DNA of 20,279 nucleotides, taken from positions 1 through 20,279 of the forward strand of contig JBHLOY010000028.1 of the NCBI GenBank assembly GCA_048939995.1, read 5' to 3'. Of the stretch, positions 15,094 through 20,279 are shown piece after piece. This DNA comes from Promethearchaeota archaeon. Lineage in GTDB: Archaea > Asgardarchaeota > Lokiarchaeia > Sigyniarchaeales > SOKP01. The first letter of the stretch is position 1; each line of letters opens with the position of its first letter. Both the position numbers and the translations under genes were made by a program. Below the pieces are notes generated by a model. That model was not told the origin of the DNA, made no database searches, and saw only the letters and a program-made list of their open reading frames with translations.

Positions 15094-15133
15094 TTCTTCA
15101 ATACCAAAATTAAAATATAAAGGTAATAGAACA

Positions 15134-15439
15134 ATGCTTTTAATGATAACTACATGGTATCCTCCTGAAAAGGCAATGGATATCGCAAAATTATATTTAA
15201 AACAACCTAGAGAAATACCTCATGTGACCAAATGGCGTATCTATAATACAGCAGCAGGAAGGGATGGAATGAAACAATATCATGTGATTTATACGGAAAG
15301 AGGCAAAGGAGAAGAAGCAGGAATGGCGCTAAACAAATATTTCCTTCCTTTTAGTCAAATTGAAGGTTTTCGAATCCAATTTGAAACATTACTAGGTGTT
15401 TCAGATAGCTATAATGCTATAGGAATGAAATGGGAATAA
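15134..15439 (+). CDS. Small ferredoxin-like-fold protein (DUF3303-like/dimeric alpha-beta barrel)
   Basis: 101 aa with a beta-alpha-beta-beta-alpha-beta pattern (MITTWYPP...IEGFRIQFE). AGGT RBS. Confidence 0.7.
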   Translation: MLLMITTWYPPEKAMDIAKLYLKQPREIPHVTKWRIYNTAAGRDGMKQYHVIYTERGKGEEAGMALNKYFLPFSQIEGFRIQFETLLGVSDSYNAIGMKWE

Positions 15440-15556
15440 AATATCAATTTCTAAATTTTTTTTTTTAAATATTCTCATTATTTTTTTTATAATACCATAA
15501 AATCACCTATCTGTTTTAAATTAAAAATAAAGACTTTCTATATATACATAAGAAAT

Positions 15557-16240
15557 ATGGCAGACAAACATTCTCAGAGCTTTTTTGGCCAATCAACTGG
15601 TTTAACTGTACTCAGTTCCACAAAAACAGATCCATTTATATTTTTCAAATGTATTCAGAAAAAAAGTGATGGAAATTGGGAAAAGCCGTCTTCTGGAGAA
15701 GGAAAAACCATAAAATGCAATTTAGACGAAATAGTAATGATAGTACAAGTTTTGAAAAGAAAAGAAAAAGCTTGGTTAAGTTTCCATAGCTTTAAAGATT
15801 CAAAAACTCCAATTTCGTTTAAATGGGATGAAAATGGGGGTAATAAGTTAATAATTACGATTGGAAAATATTCAAAAGTCTTAAATTTTTCCCAAATTGA
15901 GTTATTGAGACTCTTGTTAAAGCATATTCTAAAAGAAAAAATAAAGTACGCCACAACTTCAAATTCTATGGAAAAGAAGGTAAAATTAAATAAGGATAAC
16001 CAAGAAATATCACCAAAATTTGAAGAATTTATTTTATCTAATAATGAAAAAACAAGGCAAATTGAAGGTTCAATAAAGAATGTTACTGAAAAAGCTTTAT
16101 TTATTGATTTTAATGGAAAAAAAGAGATTTGGGTGCCAAAATCAACAATAAAATCCAATTATAATTTAGAAGACAATACAAATCAAATATTTGTAATTGA
16201 TGATTGGATTTTAAGGAAAAATAATTTATTGAATAATTAA
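15557..16240 (+). CDS. Putative single-stranded nucleic-acid-binding protein: Whirly-like N-domain plus small OB-like C-domain
   Basis: Duplicated four-strand + helix pattern with conserved-looking W and FH positions. C-terminal VTEKALFI..EIWVPKS..IDDWIL motif. Confidence 0.6.
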   Translation: MADKHSQSFFGQSTGLTVLSSTKTDPFIFFKCIQKKSDGNWEKPSSGEGKTIKCNLDEIVMIVQVLKRKEKAWLSFHSFKDSKTPISFKWDENGGNKLIITIGKYSKVLNFSQIELLRLLLKHILKEKIKYATTSNSMEKKVKLNKDNQEISPKFEEFILSNNEKTRQIEGSIKNVTEKALFIDFNGKKEIWVPKSTIKSNYNLEDNTNQIFVIDDWILRKNNLLNN

Positions 16241-17463
16241 ATCTTTACACTCCTTTCGAGATTTGGAAGAAATTTTTCGTTTAAAATTGTTTTAAGTTCG
16301 TTATTATAATCAATCATTTTTTTTGCGATTTCAGGATGGGATAGGAGTTGGATTTCTGCTTTATCATTCTGGTCCCATAACCGATAGGGAGTTTCTTCAT
16401 ATGGTACAATTTGTTTTACTTCCTTTATCCAGTCTGAGGGTAATTCGTTTTTTAATTCTATATCTAACATTTTTGCAAGAAACAAAGACCATGCTCTTGG
16501 AACAACACTCATTAAATATCCACCTCCACCAACAGCTACCCATCGATTTTGACAATAATCTCTAGCACAACTTCGCATTGTTTGAGCGATATCCCTATAA
16601 ACTGAGATTGAAAGGCCCATTTGAGTCAATGGATCATTAAAATGCGTATCAACACCGAGTTGGGTAAATAGTATGTCAGGATTATATGCTTCTAATAATC
16701 TTGGTACAGAATATCGGAATAATTTTAAAAACATTTTGTTGTTTGTACCTGGTAAAAGGGGAAAATTGATTGAATAGCCTTTTCCTAAACCTTCTCCAAT
16801 CTCATCTATATTACCAGTTCCAGGAAATAAAAATCTTCCACTCTCATGAAAAGAAATTTTTAGAACATTCGGGTCATCGTAAAACAGCCACTGAACGCCA
16901 TCTCCATGATGACAATCAATGTCTAGATAAGCGACTTTTATCTCTTTTTTCAGGGTTTTTAGATGTGCAATTGCAACTGCAATATCATTAAATATACAAA
17001 AGCCAGAAGCTCTATCCTTTATAGCATGATGCATGCCTCCTGCAGGATTAAAAGATATCTGGAATTCATTATCCTTCCAAACTAAGTCCGCTGCTGCTAT
17101 ACTAGCTCCACACACCAATGCTGATGCCTCATACATTCCTCTGAAAATAGGATTATCCCCAGGGCCTAATCCGTAAATATATGCTCCTTTAAACAAAGTA
17201 TTATCTCCATTTATGATGGGATCATCTGGGTTTTGACTTAATTTTGATACAACATTGACATACTCTGTAGCATGAATTCTTTCGATTTCCTCTTTAGTAG
17301 CTATTCTAGGTTCTATAATTTCTAAATTTTCACTATTCAAGAGTCCTAACTTTTCCATCAAACTATATGTTAGTTTAAGCCTCAATGGTCTAAGAGGATG
17401 CTGAGGACCGAAGTTATATGCTTGATATTTATCGGTATAAATTAATGCAACCTTTGCAGCCAT
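16237..17463 (-). CDS. acuC: Zn-dependent histone deacetylase-family lysine deacetylase (AcuC/class I-like)
   Basis: HPLRPLR, NPAGGMHHA, ASGFCIFND, DIDCHHGDGVQ, SFHE..FPGTG, QLGVDTH..DPL and GGGGY motifs are all intact. Confidence 0.92.
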   Translation of the reverse strand: MAAKVALIYTDKYQAYNFGPQHPLRPLRLKLTYSLMEKLGLLNSENLEIIEPRIATKEEIERIHATEYVNVVSKLSQNPDDPIINGDNTLFKGAYIYGLGPGDNPIFRGMYEASALVCGASIAAADLVWKDNEFQISFNPAGGMHHAIKDRASGFCIFNDIAVAIAHLKTLKKEIKVAYLDIDCHHGDGVQWLFYDDPNVLKISFHESGRFLFPGTGNIDEIGEGLGKGYSINFPLLPGTNNKMFLKLFRYSVPRLLEAYNPDILFTQLGVDTHFNDPLTQMGLSISVYRDIAQTMRSCARDYCQNRWVAVGGGGYLMSVVPRAWSLFLAKMLDIELKNELPSDWIKEVKQIVPYEETPYRLWDQNDKAEIQLLSHPEIAKKMIDYNNELKTILNEKFLPNLERSVKI

Positions 17464-17650
17464 GATAATTATTAGAATTTAAGGTCCTATTAATTTTTTT
17501 TATCTTTATTTCAAAACCATTTTTAAGAATAAAATTAAAATGAAAGAATAATCTTAACGCAAACACAAAAAATTATATTATATAAATATCATATAAAAAA
17601 ATAAAGTTATTTTAGAATAGATTATCGAAAACTAATTTTTGTTAGATATA

Positions 17651-18205
17651 ATGAGTCAGCGATTTAGAAAGTTTGTACATAGAGTTGCAAAGGATAATGA
17701 ATTCCAACCAATTAAAAATAAACTATTAAATTATTTACAAAAAGAGAGTGAAAATAAATATAAAAATTATCCACTTCTTTTGGAAATAATGAAATCCTAC
17801 TGGCCTCAGTACAAGGATGGTTCTAAAATTTCACACTTACTGAAAGACCATTATGAAGAGATTTTTAACTTCTACTTAAACACTATCTTCCCCTTTAGGA
17901 AAAGAGGCTTAAAGTTTAGTAATTGTGAGGCACCAACTCCAGTTGACTTTAAACTAGAATACTACTATCGATATAATAATAAAGAAATAGAAGTCATAAA
18001 AGAAGAAATGCAAGAACAAAATATTGAAGGAAAGGTTGAAGGTGTTTTAAAAAGACTTTTGATTTTTGCTGTCTCATCTTTTAGTCCAATGGTTGAACAA
18101 ATTTTTGGAAGACCATTTGCTTTCCAATTCTCTAGTATTGATGCTAATCAATACAATAGTGGGGAGTGGGAAGTTAAAGCAGTTATTTCCGCAAGAGAAC
18201 AATAA
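17651..18205 (+). CDS. Hypothetical protein
   Basis: ORF of about 184 aa (ATG 17651, or TTG 17639). No family recognised. Confidence 0.7.
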   Translation: MSQRFRKFVHRVAKDNEFQPIKNKLLNYLQKESENKYKNYPLLLEIMKSYWPQYKDGSKISHLLKDHYEEIFNFYLNTIFPFRKRGLKFSNCEAPTPVDFKLEYYYRYNNKEIEVIKEEMQEQNIEGKVEGVLKRLLIFAVSSFSPMVEQIFGRPFAFQFSSIDANQYNSGEWEVKAVISAREQ

Positions 18206-18221
18206 TAAATACATAAAATAA

Positions 18222-18653
18222 TTAGGATTTTGTCAAGTAAGATCCTAAATCCATTACCTCGCCATCTCCCTTTTTTACTTGGATTTTGCCTTTAATTCCT
18301 TTGACTTTCCTCTCAAGATATATTATGATATCTAAAGGAATCCTTCTTGGAACAGAACCTCTCTGTCTTATTATTGCGATCAAGTAATCGGCATTTTGAA
18401 TCACATCTGGACTTACTAAGTGGTTGAAAATCTGCTGATATATCATTGGCTCTTTCTCTTTTAAATTACTCAAGTAGGAATATGCATCAGGAGCTAAAAC
18501 ACTACGTAAAATAAAATCAATTTTTTCTGTAATTGTAACTACTCGGTTTTTAATAGCCTCTTCTCTCTTTTTTGCCTCCATAAAAGCTTGCATTTTCCTT
18601 AATTTAATCTTTTCTATTTCATGCTCTTCATCATTATTGTTATTTTCATTCAT
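18222..18653 (-). CDS. Divergent PDCD5/TFAR19-like (dsDNA-binding) protein
   Basis: EIEKIKLRKM and ILRSVLAPDAYSYLSNLK..EP resemble ELEEIRRRKL and ILRQILTPEARERLxRI..KP of the family. Confidence 0.7.
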   Translation of the reverse strand: MNENNNNDEEHEIEKIKLRKMQAFMEAKKREEAIKNRVVTITEKIDFILRSVLAPDAYSYLSNLKEKEPMIYQQIFNHLVSPDVIQNADYLIAIIRQRGSVPRRIPLDIIIYLERKVKGIKGKIQVKKGDGEVMDLGSYLTKS

Positions 18654-18665
18654 TTATTATCCCCT

Positions 18666-19583
18666 TTAAATATTAACAATTTTTAAAGCAATCTTCAAAG
18701 CTCTAATTCCATCTTCTAAATTAACAAGTGGTTCTCGATCATAAAGGAAGTTAATAATCTCTCTTTTTAATGGTTCATCTTCTCTTAAAGGAGTGTATTT
18801 AATATCTTTGGTTATTGGCCAATCACCTTGTAAATCAATACCTTTTCGAATGGTGATTTCTTGAGTTATAAAATCAGCTATTATTCCTCCCTGTTCACCA
18901 TTTACATCGATTCTTCTAAATTTTGATGGTGTAAGCCAATTAGATTCAATTTGACCTATTGCATTCCCAAAATCAAGAACTATAAAGGCGGCATCTGCAT
19001 GTTTTGTGTCTTTAAAGCATTTTTTTACGCCAAAAACATTAATTATCTCTACGCCTCCCATTATTTTTTCTTGAAGATAAATGTCATGAATAGATAAATC
19101 TAGAACAACCCCCATATCCCAATTCCTTTTTGGATATAAACCGACTCTCTTTGATGAAATTGAAATGATCTCACCGATTTCTGGTAAATTCTTTAATAAT
19201 TTATCAAATACGGGATTAAAGAGTTCAATAAATCCAGGCATTATTCGAATATCTTTAAAGTTCCTAAAGTAAATTAACTCATCTAGGTTTAATGCCATTG
19301 GTTTTTCCATTAGAATATCTATTCCATGCTGTGCGAATTTTCTTGCGATCGTCGGAATTTCTTTTGGAGGGGTAACTATACTTACTGCGGTAATATCCTC
19401 GTTCTTTATCATAGCATCAATATCAGTATAAGTGTTAATATCGTCATATTCTTCTTTAATCTTATCTAACTTTTTCGCCTCGCTATCACAAACTCCAACA
19501 AGATTAGAAAGATTATAAAAATTACGAACGTGTGCTCTGCCGAACCAACCTGCTCCGACCACAGCAGTATTCTTTTTCTTCAT
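18666..19583 (-). CDS. Gfo/Idh/MocA family oxidoreductase (UDP-sugar 3-dehydrogenase-like)
   Basis: VVGAGWFGRAH Rossmann motif, MEKPMA, GFIELFNP, GVVLDLSIHDI and ESNWLTPSKFR motifs. Confidence 0.9.
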   Translation of the reverse strand: MKKKNTAVVGAGWFGRAHVRNFYNLSNLVGVCDSEAKKLDKIKEEYDDINTYTDIDAMIKNEDITAVSIVTPPKEIPTIARKFAQHGIDILMEKPMALNLDELIYFRNFKDIRIMPGFIELFNPVFDKLLKNLPEIGEIISISSKRVGLYPKRNWDMGVVLDLSIHDIYLQEKIMGGVEIINVFGVKKCFKDTKHADAAFIVLDFGNAIGQIESNWLTPSKFRRIDVNGEQGGIIADFITQEITIRKGIDLQGDWPITKDIKYTPLREDEPLKREIINFLYDREPLVNLEDGIRALKIALKIVNI

Positions 19584-19676
19584 TGCATTTAAATAGACTT
19601 TTTATTATTTAGAATAATTACTTGTAAAATAAGAATTTTGCGTTGAATAATAACTTACATTAAAGGATCTCAACAA

Positions 19677-20009
19677 CTATACTAAGAATCTTCTTCGATA
19701 TTGAATTGCTCTAAATCTTTTAATAGCAAGAACAATCATAATTATACTTATTCCGTGATATATTACCATAACTAAGAATTGTGAAGAAGTTATTATTCGT
19801 GACAAATAAACACCATCAAGGATAAAGGTGATAATCATTAATGATGATGATATAAGAAAAATCAACCCAAAAAACCCTATAAAAAAACAAGATGTGAGTT
19901 TTAATCCATAATCCATTTCTACTCCATATTGACAATCAATGCATTCCCCTTTGAAATATAAAAAGTCCTCTTCCGAAATTTCTTGACCACAATTAATACA
20001 ATAAGGCAT
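19677..20009 (-). CDS. Zinc-ribbon membrane protein (2 TM)
   Basis: YCINCG...ECIDC followed by two hydrophobic helices. AGGAG RBS. Confidence 0.8.
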   Translation of the reverse strand: MPYCINCGQEISEEDFLYFKGECIDCQYGVEMDYGLKLTSCFFIGFFGLIFLISSSLMIITFILDGVYLSRIITSSQFLVMVIYHGISIIMIVLAIKRFRAIQYRRRFLV

Positions 20010-20138
20010 TAGATTCTCCTTGATTAATTATTGCCTAGTATTGATGATCTAATCCTCTAAGAAACTATTTAAATATATCGGACAATTGATTATAGTTGGA
20101 GTGATCTTATAAAGTAAAAGATGGTCCCTCCTCCCGGA

Positions 20139-20166
20139 TTCTCATCCCTTCTTAATGGAAAGAAAA
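20139..20166 (-). other. 28-nt T-loop tRNA intron (59/60) with strict bulge-helix-bulge
   Basis: CCCGG-CTCA-AAT-TTTCTTT...GAAGGGA-TGAG-AAT-CCGGG: two 3-nt AAT bulges flank the 4-bp CTCA/TGAG helix. Confidence 0.85.
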
Positions 20167-20188
20167 TTTGAGCCGGGGACCTCACGGT

Positions 20189-20236
20189 ATCGGTTGACGT
20201 ATTTTCATTGGTAAAAACCTTAATACGCGATTAAAT
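20189..20236 (-). other. 48-nt canonical (37/38) tRNA intron with relaxed BHB
   Basis: Central helix CTGT/ACCG with one mismatch, ATA bulge, and internal stems CGTATT/AATACG and GGT/ACC. Confidence 0.8.
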
Positions 20237-20279
20237 CTACAGCCGCGCGCTCTAACCAACTGAGCTAAGGAGGGGATAA

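Larger units (their letters stand above)
20122..20274 (-). tRNA. tRNA-Tyr(GUA) with two introns (37/38 and 59/60) and genomically encoded CCA
   Basis: Acceptor CCCTCCT/AGGAGGG (C1-G72, A73), D-arm GCTC/GAGC, anticodon arm CGCGG/CCGTG with GTA at 20240-20238, T-stem CCCGG/CCGGG. Removing 20189-20236 and 20139-20166 gives a 77-nt cloverleaf. Confidence 0.93.

Noticed and set aside
13395-16991. ORFs 13395..13589, 14729..14989, 15655..16158, 16323..16565 and 16770..16991
   Set aside because: Antisense to better-supported genes; no independent RBS or family signal.
1-20279. CRISPR array, transposase/integrase, or tRNA-derived att duplication
   Set aside because: No regularly spaced repeats, no mobile-element ORF and no second copy of the tRNA 3' end were seen in the window.

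Overview
AT-rich archaeal window whose gene content and style point to an Asgard archaeon (Lokiarchaeia/Promethearchaeota-like). The evidence is a GPN-loop GTPase, TrmB and Lrp regulators, a PDCD5-like protein, BRE/TATA promoters and a BHB-intron tRNA; the taxonomy is inferred, not proven. There are about 22 protein genes, a tRNA-Tyr(GUA) with two introns at the right edge, and two back-to-back gene relics. No transposase or CRISPR array is visible. The most notable items are outside the ORF track or unannotated: (1) a promoter-equipped, ~150-nt structured minus-strand RNA (13847-14000) just downstream of a CoiA-like PD-(D/E)xK nuclease and near a Whirly-fold-like protein; (2) a 46-codon single-TM ORF ending GGGG-UGA, followed by a eukaryote-type SECIS/K-turn-like element (candidate new selenoprotein); (3) an IFT52 GIFT-domain-like soluble protein; (4) a GPN GTPase that seems to start at ATT; (5) a T-loop (59/60) tRNA intron paired with an unusual C54; (6) a eukaryote-type xylulokinase. 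All family assignments come from motif recognition by eye; no searches were run.
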